A DNA stretch of 64,000 nt, taken from positions 372,001-436,000 of the forward strand of contig RSEE01000023.1 of assembly GCA_003971905.1 (NCBI GenBank), given 5' to 3'. Below are positions 25,967 through 38,621 of this stretch, piece after piece (the stretch's first letter is position 1; the number at the start of each line of letters is the position of its first letter). This DNA is from Moniliella sp. 'wahieum'. Lineage: Eukaryota. The position numbers were made by a program, and so were the translations under genes. The notes under the pieces are model-generated. The model saw only the letters and a program-made list of their open reading frames with translations, did no database searches and was not told the DNA's origin.

Positions 25967-26554
25967 GGTGCAGGCAGGAGAGAGGCCAAGGAGGAGGCGA
26001 AGAGGGAGGTGGTAGCAAGGCAGCAAACAGGGGAGGGCGCAGGGAGCGGAGCGTGCTACGCGGGGATCTTATACCGCTGCCGCAGCAGCTGCAGCGCCCT
26101 CGATCGAGCTGGGGCGAGAGGGTGACACTGGGTTTGTGCCTGGCCTCGTTGGTCCGGGTGGGCCCTGGCGCACATGCCTCCTGCCTCTCTCCCAGTGGCC
26201 GAGCCAGCTCCGGGCAGCACAGCGGCACTGTAGGCGCGGCGGGGCGGAGCTGCAGGGGAAGCGCAGGGCTGCGCAGGCAGCAGGGCACTAGCACCAGCAG
26301 CCACCGCGGGTGTGCTCAGCCCTACTGCGGTGTGGTGCCCTTGAGCAGGTATTCCGAGTGGAGCACAGGGGAAGTTTGGGGGGCCACAGGCGCCGTGCGG
26401 GGGACAATCGCGCTGGACTATGGTTTGGGCTGGGCTGGACTGGGCTGGCCGGCATGCCGTGCGGTGCGGGGGCAGCGCCAACCTACCGGCGCCATGCCCC
26501 GGGCCTTCCCCGGCTCACGCGCCCCGTCTGTCGTCGGCGACTGAAGGCCACCGG

Positions 26555-28050
26555 CAGTACTCAGACTCGCTGCCGATGCAGGCACCAGTACTCCACCAGT
26601 ACTCCAAATACTCCACCACTACTCCCGTACTCAGTACTCAGTATGCACTAGCCACTAGTCACTAGCCACTCCTCCTCTGCACGCGCTAGTCACTAGCTCG
26701 CGCTCACTTGTCCATGCCACTAGTGACTCGCTGCGCTGAGGCTAATCTCGATCGCCGCCGTGCCAAAGCAGTCAATTCTAAAGCACACCATTCCCCAGAC
26801 CAGCTGTGACAAATGTGATGCCAGTGATAAGGTTGTGGTTCAAAGACAGCGGAGCACACGGTACCCGGGGGTCGGCGTCCTGAGTATGAGTACCGACGGT
26901 GCAGCGCAAACGTGCAACCGCACATCAGGCGGAGCGCCAGTGACTTTGTGATACGCGGAACGCAAAACGCGGAACGACGCGGAACCGACCGCACTAGCTC
27001 TTGTTGAACGTTGAAGCTTGAACATTGAACGTTGAACATGAATTGAACGTTGAACGTTGAACATTGAACATTGAATGTCAACGTGTTCAACGTTCGCGCG
27101 TCACGCGTCACGCGTCACGCGTCACGTTTTTCAAGTTGAAAGCTAAGCCTTGGCGCTAAACCTAACACGAAACGCAAACGTTAAATTGGTACACGTTAAA
27201 CGTACGTTAAACGTTAAACGTTAAAGACATCTTAAGATCTTAACCGGGTACGATTCAATCCCACTCTCGGTGGAGCCGGTGGAGTCGGTGGAGTATGGAA
27301 GCAGCTGTGTCACGCGGCGTGTCGTGTGGCGTGTAGCGACAGGCCGCCCTGGAGTATCCTTGTCTTCCGATCCCCGATTTCACCGAGTTGTCGATAATCG
27401 CGGAGGGCTGAACGATCGATGATTCGATCGATGAGCGCCATGTCAGTACTACTCAGTAAAGTCCCTCCCTCCCTCCCTCCCGCAGTGGCCAGAACTACAG
27501 TTCCACCCAGCCCAGCTTCCAGGCCAGTTCTCGGGGCCTCGGATCCAACGCACCATGGCCGCTGGTGATGCGCTGATGTACGCGTCCAAGCCGAATCTGG
27601 AGGGCCCAGCCCATATACCACTCCCTCCCTACCGAAATGCCCCACGCTTGCTCCCGTCTGCAAACCTATGGAGTTACGGAATGACAGGGATGGCGGCTCG
27701 CCCAATTGATATTGAGCCTTGAAGCTAGCTTGAAGCTTCAAGCTTCAAGCTTCAAGGCAATGTATGATTGGGCATACATAGTCTTGGGCAGTGCGGCCCA
27801 CGCGGACCGCGGAGAAACTGCATCACGAACAACACAGCGTTCACCGAGTGTGACATGTGACATGTGATGCTGATGCAATGGGCAACATGTGATTCATCCA
27901 TCGGCGTCTCTCGGTGCTACCTTCGGCCTTTCTTTGAGCATCCAATATCCAATGCCCAAGGCATCCGGCTCCTATACCCTACCTGAGGCTGGAGGCTGGA
28001 GGCCGGAGGCCTGACGAGTGACGAGTGGCGCGTGACGCGTGACGCAGACA
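26555..28050. repeat. Densest TNA-palindrome heptamer region, upstream of the bZIP gene
   Basis: GTAC.TCA.GTAC.TCA 26627-26640; ~10 TTGAAC(G/A)-type units 27004-27076; (CGCG.TCA)x4 27097-27124; (ACGT.TAA)x3 27204-27224; TAA.GATC.TTA 27233; AGCT.TGA.(AGCT.TCA)x3 27727-27754; (TGA.CATG)x2 ~27851. Confidence 0.9.
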
Positions 28051-29538
28051 AATGTGAGATTGTGAAATATGTGATGGTGTGTGATTAATGGTTCTCGATT
28101 CTGGGCTGCGAATGTGATTTGAGTGATGTAGCGCAGGGCAACAACGCTCTGCTTTCGGCTGCTTTCGCCCATCATAGTGATAGCATAGCAGCGCATAGCC
28201 CCCCCCCACGTGCTTAGGCGGGCGTGTGGCAAAAAACACCCACAGACCAAATTAAACTTTAGGGGCCGACGGAACCTTATCCGTCGGTTGCCTTTTCGGA
28301 AGCGAGCATCAGGAAAAAGTCGTAAAAGTGCCACAATAGAGTGCAATGCATACACCCACACCAGCACGTCCCACACCAGCTATCCCTTCCGTATCCCTAC
28401 GTGTTCTTGTCCCCCATGTACCCAGTCCCGTGGTGCATGGTTCGGACGTCGGCGTTGTAAATATTGAATGCCCCCACGATCCGTCGGGACGCTATTTCCA
28501 GGACAGCGCCCCCCCCCCCTTGTTGATTGTTTGTTTTGGCACTGTGCAACCCCACATCAGGCAACCGCTCGCAGCACAAACAACAATCAGCTATATCCAG
28601 AAGGTACCAGGTGGTACCTCTTCTCTGGAGCTGGTGCTGATGTGCAACTAATGTCGGAGGGTAAGTAACAACTTACCGGCAGTTACCGACGGTTACCAGT
28701 TATGACGGTTATCTCTAGATCCGCGTCCATTTCATGGACAAGCTGAAGGCTGGGACAGGGGAAACGCTACGTCTAAACCGAACCGTTCATCTTGCGGGGG
28801 TTACTTGGAAGCGCCACTAAGGTCAAGGAACCAGGGGGTCTTGCCAGGATATCAGGACCCTCCGGTTCTCGCCATCCGTCCCGTCTTGCCTTTCTACCGG
28901 ATGCCTCTCTCGTACGAAATGTGGCCACAAATGGCTTCAGAGACCCTCCTTTAGCCGAAAGAATGAGGGCGAGGGCAAAGTAATACACTGGGCGATCATC
29001 AATGGGTGCGAGCACGATAAAGTGGTCACACCAACGGGAGCCCAGAACCGCGGTTGTCCGTTATAACTGAGAGAAGTAGGGCCACCGTACGCTAATAGTA
29101 CCAAGCTAAGGACGATTGCACTGTGCAAGGGAAGATAGGAAACAGTCAGAGATAGCTTCTTGTAAGCTCATGACACTAGTCCGACCTTGTGTGCAATAAC
29201 AGGGAGAAAAGAAAGAGAGGGGAAGGAGACGCGCAAGGGATAACCAGTTCGAGCTCTCGAGGAGCGAAACAATGAGAAGACTTCCGCATACCAGTGGATG
29301 TTGGTTGCAAAAGCCAATGACATGTGAGTGCATGAAGAGGCCATACTCTAACATTAGCTCCATATTAGTACACAACACTGGTAACGGCTATTGACTGAAT
29401 ACTGAATGAACTATGTTGGAAGATGTCACAGAGTGTACATATATGAGTGCAGTAGTTGTATTCAATTGTCGAGAAACGGGCATATGGAAGAGGGCAAAGG
29501 GGTAGGCAATGCAAGTGGGAGAAAGAACGGGGGGGGAT

Positions 29539-31249
29539 TCATGCACATGGTTGGCGTAAGGGCAGATTTTTTTTGCTAAACTGGTTTTCCGAGTTGTACG
29601 AGCCCATGGCCGCCGTCGACGACACGCCGCCCGTGACGGTTTTGAGGAGCGAGTCGACGTAGCTGGCGCCGGACCATTTTTGGTGGGTAAGCGTGTCGGT
29701 GCCCAGCTCGCGCTCCTTGCGCTGGACAATCTCGACGTACGCCTTCATCCCCTCGGTGGCAAAGTTCTTGGCAAAGAGGTCGGAAATGTACGCGTCCGTG
29801 TGCAGGCCAGCAAGTGTGATGAACTGGAAAATGAACCGAGCTTGCCCAGGTCCCAGACGTAGTCTTTCATCTGCGACGTGTTGAGGCCGCGGCGTCCCAG
29901 TTGAACGAAGGCGAAAGGTTGTAGGCGAGCCACTGATGGGGAACGGCAGCATGCACTCCGTCGGCAAACTTGGCTTGGGCATAGATGGGCGACTTGGTCT
30001 CCATCCAGATCAGGTCGGCGTAAGGGCTAAAGGCGATGGCACGGTTGATCGCACATGCGTGCCGCCCTGGTAGCGGTAGTAGCCTTCCCGTGTCCGCGGG
30101 GCGTCCCAGTCCCAGAAAAAGTCCGTCACGCCATACTTGGCCGCCAGAGCGCGGGCAGCATGGTTCGACAGCCCCTTGGCCTCAGCCTGGAACTTGGCGG
30201 CATCCCCTCCCTTGGCCTTGATTGCATCCGCCACGGCGTCCCCAAACAGTTTGAGCCCAGCAGCAGCCACCCAGTCGTCCTCGACTTTTGCAGAGCATCC
30301 CCCGACGCGCCAGCGGCCTCAGCACGGTTCATGACCGTAACCAGCGGCTCGAGGGCGGCGTTGGTGGAACCAATGATGAACGCATGGTCGCGTTCGTCAA
30401 TGTTGGATGTGATGAGCGTGGCTGCCTCCGAGTCGGTCCGAGCGACGGCAATGTTGTCGACGCCCATAATGTCGTACTGGAAACGGATGGCGATCAGACG
30501 GTTGATGTGCTCCTGGATCGGCACCAGCACTTGCCCGCCATGTGCCCACACTTTTTCGTACCGGGCGCCTGGTCCTCAATGTGGATCCCGGCCGCACCTT
30601 TCTCAACAAAGAGCTTGGTCAGCTTCATCACTGCCGTCAATCCACCGTGGCCCGTGTCGGCGTCGGCGACAATGGGGCGGAGGTAGTCGTGTGTAGGGCG
30701 TGTTGGCACGCTGCTCAGGCGTCAAGCCAGAGCGCGCTTCGCGCTGCTTGCGGTCATGGAAGAGCTGGGCCATAAAGAGATGCTCAACCTTGTTGGGAAC
30801 CGTGTTGTACGGGTAGTCAGCCAGGTCGGGACCGGGCTCGTTCGTCGAGCTGGCGGTCGAAGACGATTGCCATCCCGACACATACACCGCCTCGAGGTAC
30901 TTGGCCATCTGGGTGATCTGGACGGGTCCAGCGCGCCATAGGTGTGCGACGGGCGTCGCTTGTTGGCCCAGTGCTGTTCGAGCAGGCCCCACAACTTTTT
31001 GGCCTGGACGTTGGAAGGGTATTCGATCGGGATGGTACCGCGCTTGGAAACACCTGGCGGCTGTGTAGGGCCGCTTGGTATGCGCAAAGCGGGACGACTA
31101 TAGGTGAGAGGGCACAAAGAGGTCAGTGGAACTCCCCAACGGCAGGAGGCGGGATAGGAAAGCGCGGCCGCCAACATACCTGCCACCACTGCTCGACAGC
31201 GTTCACTTCAGCGTCAAAGATGCGTGCTCAGCGTCGGAGGAAATGCCAT
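29539..31249 (-). CDS. ICL1: Isocitrate lyase (glyoxylate cycle); one early intron, indels
   Basis: [87 protein letters not shown]. Confidence 0.97.
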
Positions 31250-32570
31250 GGTGGAAGCGGAGATGGTTGGAGGGTGGGGTGGGAGGTGGAGGGAGAACAG
31301 TACGAAACGATGGGGCTGGCGAGGGGGGATTTAATACGATTGATTGCCCAGCGGTGGGAAGCAACGGACGGAGATGCTGATGACAGAGCTCTCAGGCTGA
31401 GATCTGAGACGGTGGTGCGGGGGGGTGTTTGCACCGAGTGGCGGGGTGCTGGCTTGGTCGGCGCAAGCGGATTTGGGCGCTGGGATGGGCAGGGTGCCCG
31501 GCCGGGAGACAGTCAGCGTGTCTGGTGTCTGGGGTACTATGGCCTCGAGGGTATGGGAGAGTATGGGAGGGTACAGGGTGGTGCGTGGTGGTGTCCGGTG
31601 CTGCGGCCCGCTTGGCCCGGCCGGGATGGAGTGTTGATATTGAGGCAGAGCGTAGTGGCAGCGTCGGCCAGGCGCTCAGCGCTCGACTGAGCCGCTGAAC
31701 GTTCACACGTTGACCGTTACCGCGCGTCGACGTCGTCAACGTTCAACGTGGCCACAGCCGCCGCTTTCACTTGCGGGCGTCTTGCAAGCCCCGCATTCCC
31801 CGCACTGGCTCATTTGGTGCTGCGGAGGATGCCGGCTGGTGCGGACGCGCGGGGAGAGGATGGCAGTTGCCTGCCGCTGCACTAACCGACGCCCCCGGCG
31901 CAGCGCCCATAATATACGTAGCAGCATCATTGGGGTTTCTTCCCCCGCTAAAACCGCCAGCGTCCGGCGCAGACGAAGCTGCTGCGGAGTTGACGGAAAT
32001 GCCCATTCGGTGCACGCCCTGCCTAGCTGCCCGCTCTCCTAAGTGATGGGATCGACCCAAGGCAGCCGGGACGGCAGTCTGAACGCATCGATCCAAGGCG
32101 TATATAAAAGCCTCTGGACGGTAACCGATCGGCCCCCAGCAGATGCCGGCGAGTGACGTAATAGGCCGCCCACACCCGCAACCGGAAGGTGCCGAAGGGC
32201 CGAGGCTGGTTGCTGGTGAAATTGTGAAACGTTGGCTGAGGCGCACCAGATAGATCTTCGATTGGATATTGATATTGAGATCTGGGATGCTGGCATCCTG
32301 CTTGGCGCCTGCTCGTCCCGGCCGGGTGGCCCCGGAAACACAACGCGGGTGGGGCCGGCGGGGCACTGGAGGGCGCTGGGCCGACTGACGCTGCCCAGGG
32401 TGGATGCATTATGCCAGTGCTTGATATTCGCTCAATCGAGCGCATCTCCCCCGGCGCATCCCCCCATCTGTATAGTGACCACATGTGCATGCTCTCTAGA
32501 TCGCATCTGCTGCCCCTCGTACTCCCCTCGTCTCTAGCACCATTGCGCTTCCCCTCCTCTGTCCGTGTTC

Positions 32571-33916
32571 ATGGGTGCCGAGCTGCTGGCCGCTGTACCT
32601 CTCTTGGTCCTCGTCCAGCTCCTTATTGTGAGCACCGTGGCTGCTGTACTTGATGCCGTTCGCACCGTGCTGGACGGCCCGGCTGAGGGCAAACCAGACC
32701 AATTCGAAGAGTGGACCCGCTTGCTTAAGCGCTCGCCTCTCTGCACGGTCCTCCCACATCCCTCGCGCCTCCGTTCCTTGCTGGTCGGCCGCTATGGAAC
32801 CGACCACGCATCTTCCCTCAGCAACGTGCTGTCCCCCTGTTGGGCTCCGTCTGCCGGGGCCCCCCGCGGCGCCGGCCGAGTCGTCCCCGACCTGTCCCAT
32901 CTGCCCGTCGAGATCCAGCTGGAGATCTTGGGGTACGTGGCTAGCCCCCTTGTGGCCGCCAGGCCAGCAAGGTCCTCTGTCTCTCGCGCGGACACAAGCA
33001 ACTGTTGCAGCGGCGCGTGTACCGCTACGTGCGTCGAGTCGTGCGCGCGTGGAGCGCTTGAGGCTCACCCTCTGCTACTACAACCCCCTCTGGGCTCGTT
33101 GATCGAGTCGATCCACCTCGCCCCGTCGGTTCGTAGTCTGTCTGCGGTCCGTTGCCACCACGGCCTCCTCCCTGGCGCCAGCACGGCCGGGGATTCGGTG
33201 CGAGTCGCGCCAGGCCATGTTGGCCATGCTGTGGCGGACTGTGTGCGGGGTGGTAGCGGGTGCGAGGGACAGGGGCGATGGATGGACGAGCGGGCAGGGG
33301 TCGGCCGAGGCGGAACCTCCCTCGCTCCTCGCCCTGGCCCGGTCTTTGGAACAGATCTTACACCGCACCCCGCGGGTGCTGGCCGTGTGCATGCCTGGCG
33401 CCGAGGCGCGCGCCTTGCACTTGATTGGAGCCTGGGCCCGCCTCGCCCACTCCCGCACGTGTCTGCCGCGCGTGATGCGCACCGAATGGCCCTCGGCGCA
33501 TTCCTCCGCGGCAGGACGCATGCCACGTTGACCCAGCGCATGTTCGCCCAGCCCATCTTTCGCCACCTCCACCACCTTGATCTGGTCGTACCAGACGTGT
33601 GTGCTAGCGGCCTGCATCAGCTCCGTGCGGCTCTGCCGCATGCCAAGACGATCACGCTTCATTGGGTCGTAGAACAACAAACCGAGAGGAGATCGCGTTG
33701 GAGCACATGCGTACCGCGCTGGACCAGCTGCGGGGCCCGATGAAGCAGGCAGGCGAGGAGAAGGAGGGCACTACGTGGACCGAGTTGGATCGGATCACAG
33801 TGTTGGCGCCACCACGCCTCGCACCGGCCGTTGGCCCAGGTGCTCTCCCATGCCCGATGGGGCATTGGGTTCGAGTCTTCGCGGGTGCATGCTGCACCCT
33901 CTGTTCCTTTGGATAA
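32571..33916 (+). CDS. F-box-like domain protein with hydrophobic N-terminus; indels
   Basis: PDLSHLPVEIQLEILGYVA resembles an F-box start; LRR-like FRHLHHLDL downstream. Confidence 0.5.
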
Positions 33917-34841
33917 GAGCAAGGGGGGATGGTGCCCGTTTATGAGGGCATGAGGTTGGAGGAGCACCGGACCCACTAACCCAGTGGTGGGGGGAGCGGA
34001 TGGCCCCGGTATGGGCTTAGGGGGACACCGCCATCGATCTGTTCGTGTCATGTTTGTACTGATGAACCACTGTAACTCTATTCATACCCACCAACCCATG
34101 ACCACTCACTAGTCACTGTCGTCTCGTTGCATAGAATCGGCGGATGAGGTGGGTATAGGATGTGCTCTAACCCCCTACAAAGCCAGAGAAGCTCGGGACG
34201 AGCGACTGCCTGTCGACCCTCGGGCTGGCCTAGCCGCCTGGACCGTCTCCGGCTCATGCAGAGGTGAGGATGGGGGTTGTTCAGCAGCCTACTATCCATC
34301 CGCTTGGCTCGGACGAAGAAAGGAGAGAAATTTCCCAGCACAGCTCTCCAATTGGCTGCAACAAGGCCCAAAGCGCCTGACACATGGGGCGCTGGGATGG
34401 GCATATATACTTGCACTATGATCCGCTAGGGGATGTGCATCCACCGACAACCATCCCCGCGGGGGAGGAACGGAGCCGGACCCATCTGTGCATCAGTAAC
34501 AACTCATCGAGTCGAGACCCGTTGAGCAGCTCCATCCGACCGGCCGCGTGGCGATGGAACCCCCCATCCACCCCCCGGACTGCCTCGCAGCCGAGCCGAG
34601 CCGAAACCGAGCCCGAAGCGGGGCTGGACACTGTGTACCACAGCCTGCACCTACTTCCCTCCCCGTCCCGAAGGGATCGGAAAACCCCGAGAGGATCGCC
34701 GATGCAGCGCGAGAGACAAGCGAACGTCTCCACGCCCTTGGCTGGGAGCAGCGTCGGACTGCATGGGTGGTACGACCAAGTACTCGTCCCTGGCTGCAGC
34801 ATCCTTGTACCTCCTGCTCGGTCTGGCTACCCAACTCGAAG

Positions 34842-34908
34842 GAAACGAAACAGAACGAAATGAAACGAAACAGAACAGAACAGAACAGAACGGAACGGAA
34901 CGAAACGA
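34842..34908. repeat. Degenerate GAAAC/GAACA/GAAC microsatellite downstream of the kinase
   Basis: gaaacgaaacagaacgaaatgaaacgaaacagaacagaacagaacagaacggaacggaacgaaacga. Confidence 0.9.
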
Positions 34909-35179
34909 TGCATAGTAGCTCTGGTGCACGATACGAGCGTCGCAGGCCAAGAGAGACAAGGGACCTACCCGCAAGCGCTGCGGCGAGCGCGCCGACCCAG
35001 AGAAGAAAGGAGGGTAGAACAATGCATGTCACCTGTCAATAATGGCAAGGGGGAGGGGGTGAAGGAGAGAAGAGGCCGAGGGCGAGTGGGTGGGGGTGGG
35101 TGAGAGGATAGAGGGATAGAGGGGAGGGGTAGAGGAGTAGTAGAGAGGTGGAAGGAGATGGGGGGAGGGGAATAGGGGA

Positions 35180-37119
35180 TCAAGTGATGGTCAGGACAAT
35201 CGAGTGGGTATGGTTCCTGGCCAGCGTCGTGCCACAGGCATCGATGCTGGCAAACCACTTGTCACGAAGAATGTCGTCGACAGAGCAGCGCTGCTGTGGG
35301 TCGGGGCACAGCATCCGCTTCAGTAGCGGACGGCATTCCCGCGGGCTCAGATGGCTCAGCGGGCCAGGGGAAGAGGAGGCATGGTAGGTGTGAACAAATT
35401 CCTTAAAGGTGGGGTCCGACATCTTGGCCACGCGCCACGGCAGTTCTTGGAACTGCATGCAGTACAGCACAATTGCCGCCGCCCACATATCCACCAGACG
35501 GGCATCGTACTCTTTGTGCTCAAACTGTTCCGGCGCAATGTACGGCTCGGAGCCACAGAGACCCTTGGAGTAGTGCGTCGACGTTTCCCAGCACATGCGG
35601 AACACGTCCGACACACCAAAGTCGGTGATCTTGACCCGGCCCTGCGCGTCGAGAAGGAGGTTTTCGGGCTTAATGTCACGGTGGGCGACACCCATCGAGT
35701 GGAGATAGACAATGCCATGGATCGTCTGTTTAAAGTAGCACTCCACTTCCAAGGGGGACATGCCCCCGCGCTTGATGGCTGCGTACAGGTCACCTCCGGC
35801 GCAAAACTCCATCACCTCGCACCAATGCTTGTTTTCGTCCTGCACCAGGTCCACCGTCTCGACCACATTGATGTGGTGCAGGGTGGAGGAGATGCAAAAC
35901 TCCGAGGTGAGTTTCTTGACATAGTCCTTCTCCGTCTCGTTTTTGCGCCGCTTTCGGAACTCCTTGACCGCATACAACTTCTCCGTCGAGCGGTCCCATT
36001 TGTGCGCCAGACGAACCACCGCCGTCGCACCCTTGCCAATCGCCGCCTTCTCGCACACCCCATACTTTTTCAAAAGCGACACTGCGTCCCCAGGCGCCGA
36101 AGCACCGCCTTTCTTCGAACCACCCGAAGCCGACGAGCCACGACGCGAAAGCTTGGGACGATCAACTTGTCCCGCAGCGTAGACGAGGCCGACGACTTGT
36201 TATCGGTCTCCTTGTCCTTATCTTTGCCCGACTTGCCCGTCGCGATGGACAAGGGCGCACGGACACCAGCACTGCGCGCCTTGTCGCGTTCGCGCGCGGC
36301 GGCGGCCGCGGCGGCGGGCGCCTCGAGGTGAGCCAAGGCGAGGCAGTGAGCTTGTCGGCGCCCGCGCTGGCGGGGGGCGCAGGGCGGCGACCACTGTTGG
36401 AGCGCGAGGGGGCGGCACTGTGGGTTTGTTGCTGCGAGGCAAGCGACATGGCTTGGACCGAGCGCGTGATTTCCTCATGCGCTTGGGACGACTTGTCCAC
36501 CGACGCTCTCCCGCCGCCCATCATCCGCTTCAGCATCCCGGGCTTGCGCTCCGACGAGGCCGACTTGCCTGACGGGGTGCGCGCGACCGAGGCCGAGGAC
36601 GCGTTGGTGGAAACGGGAGAAGGAGGGGGAGGTTGCTTGGCGCGAGGAGGCGGGGCCGACGCAGGCGCGGGGCCGAGCCGGGCGGGGGGCTGGGGAAGAA
36701 GGCGCTGGTAGAGCTGGGCGGGGTGGAGGAGAGCGACGTGGGGCGGCTGCGTCGTCGGCATGCGCGTGCTGGCTTGCCTGCCGCGCAGATGGGCAGGGTT
36801 GACGGAGCGGAGGGGCGTCGGGCGCAGGGCGGCGAGCTGGGCAGCGGTCAGGTGGGCCGGCATGGGGCCGTGCGGGCTGGCCTCGCGACGGAGCGCGAGG
36901 GGATCGGCGCCGGCGGGGGCGGCGTGGGTGGGCACGGGGCAGGGTCGGAGCTTTGCATGCCGGCGAGGCGGTGGCGGGGGAGGGAGCCGAGGCCGTGGCC
37001 GGGGGTGGGGCTGGGGGGGCGCGAGGAGAGGGAGCCTTCGGTCTCGCTGTCGCTCAGCAGGGCGGCGGCCTTCGAGTCGCGCTCCCAGCCGGGGGGGCGG
37101 GCAGGCGGGAGGGGGGCAT
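35180..37119 (-). CDS. Ser/Thr protein kinase, fungal HAL/NPR family (Sat4/Hrk1-like) with low-complexity N-terminus
   Basis: [63 protein letters not shown]; probable ATG 37119. Confidence 0.92.
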
Positions 37120-37686
37120 GGCGGGCGGGCGGGGGGGGGGCAGAGAGGCGGAGAGGGGAGGGAAGAGCGGAGGGAAGGGACGAGCGGGGAGAGACAGCAA
37201 GGACACAGGCAGCAGCCGCACGAAGAGCAGCAGGGCGCTAGAGGATGCGCACAGCGCCCATCGCCTTCCGACGGCGGCGAGAAAGGCAGTGGGGGTGAGG
37301 TGGGTGGGTGGGTGGTGGCTGCGGGGGGAGGCGGCTGGGCTGCCGTGCGTCTGGGGCCCACCAGCGGCACCACCGCTGAGCCACCGCAGCCACCGGTGAT
37401 CCAACCAGCACCCGCGCCGCAGCCAGCCGCCCACACTGGCCCCCTGCCGCGCTCCGCTGGCTTCGGCCTCCCACCGACGGCTGCCTCATCCTCACCCATG
37501 GGTGCATCACGCGCCGTCTTGAAACTTGCATCTGGCGTCGGCGCATCGGCTGAGTACTGGCATCCATCCATCCATCGACCAGCTGCCGCCTGCCGCTTAC
37601 AGGCGCGTGACAAACGACACACCCACCCACACTCGCCGCCTGCCGCCTGCCCCTGCCCCCAGCACCACCCAGGGTCACGTGCTCTC

Positions 37687-37722
37687 ATCCATCCCATCCC
37701 ATCCCATCCCATCCCATCCCAT
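37687..37722. repeat. (ATCCC)n microsatellite
   Basis: atccatcccatcccatcccatcccatcccatcccat. Confidence 0.9.
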
Positions 37723-37862
37723 CTCGTGTCCCAACCACAGGCTACCCAATTCGCATCCTCAGCAGCACCCTGCCCCCCATTCTGTCTCGCAATGCATGCA
37801 TCTCGCCTGGACGGCTGCGTCTTCGTCGGCCCAGCCAGCCAGCCGTTGCATCCTCTCCCGGC

Positions 37863-38621
37863 TTAGTCGCCCTTCTTGAGCGTGCCGCGGATCAGACCCG
37901 TGCGGCGGGCAGCGATCAGACCAGCCTTCTGACCAGCCGGGGCCCAGCGGGAGATGGTCGACGCGTGACCAATGTGCTGGTGGTTACCACCACCGCGGGT
38001 GGTCGACGGGGTTCATGGCCACACCACGAGTACGCGGCCACGAGTTGCGCTTGACGCGGTACTTGTGGAACGCACGGCCGGCCTTGAGCAGCGGCTTGTC
38101 AATGCGGCCACCGCCGGCCACAATGCCCACCGTCGCGCGCGACGCCGACGACACAATCTTCTTGGCGCCCGAGGGCAGACGGATACGCGACGTCTTGCCG
38201 TCGGCGTCGTGGCCAATCAGGGTGGCGTAGTTGCCCGAAGCACGGGCAAGCGTGCCGCGGTCACCAGCCTTCTCCTCCACATTGCACACAATCGTACCCT
38301 CGGGAAGAGCCGACAGGGGCAGCACATTGCCCACGGGAGCGCGGCGCGCTTGCCGCAGTAGACAAACTGACCGGTGGACATGCCCTCGGTGGCGATAAAG
38401 TGCTCGGTGCGCAGCTTGTAGCGGTACGGGTCGCGGAAGGTGACCTTGGCCAACGAGCGCGCCGCGGCCGGCATCGTGCACAATCTCGCGCACACACACC
38501 GCGAATGTACCCGTTGCGCTCGGCAAAGTCGACCGTGCGCAGCTTGGCTGGCGCAGTGCGGTGCGACGAGTGCGACTTGAAGATGCCCCGACTTGCGCTG
38601 CGAACGAATGACACGACCCAT
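37863..38621 (-). CDS. RPL2: 60S ribosomal protein L2/L8 (uL2), CDS intronless, indels
   Basis: [61 protein letters not shown]; 759 nt span matches the full protein. Confidence 0.97.

Noticed and set aside
27001..27243. CRISPR-like array
   Set aside because: Units are 7 bp with no unique spacers, there are no cas genes, and the context is eukaryotic.
29539..29590. Peroxisomal PTS1 or extended C-terminus on ICL1
   Set aside because: The end runs through an A8 homopolymer in error-prone sequence, so the true frame cannot be determined.
35351..37866. Long antisense ORFs (e.g. 35351-36331, 36760-37866; also 40611-41939, 56361-57347, 62279-62908)
   Set aside because: Shadows of real genes in GC-rich DNA with no recognisable motifs.
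37863..38621. RPL2 and other frameshifted genes as pseudogenes
   Set aside because: Indels affect all genes evenly while protein motifs and codon usage are intact; sequencing error is more parsimonious.
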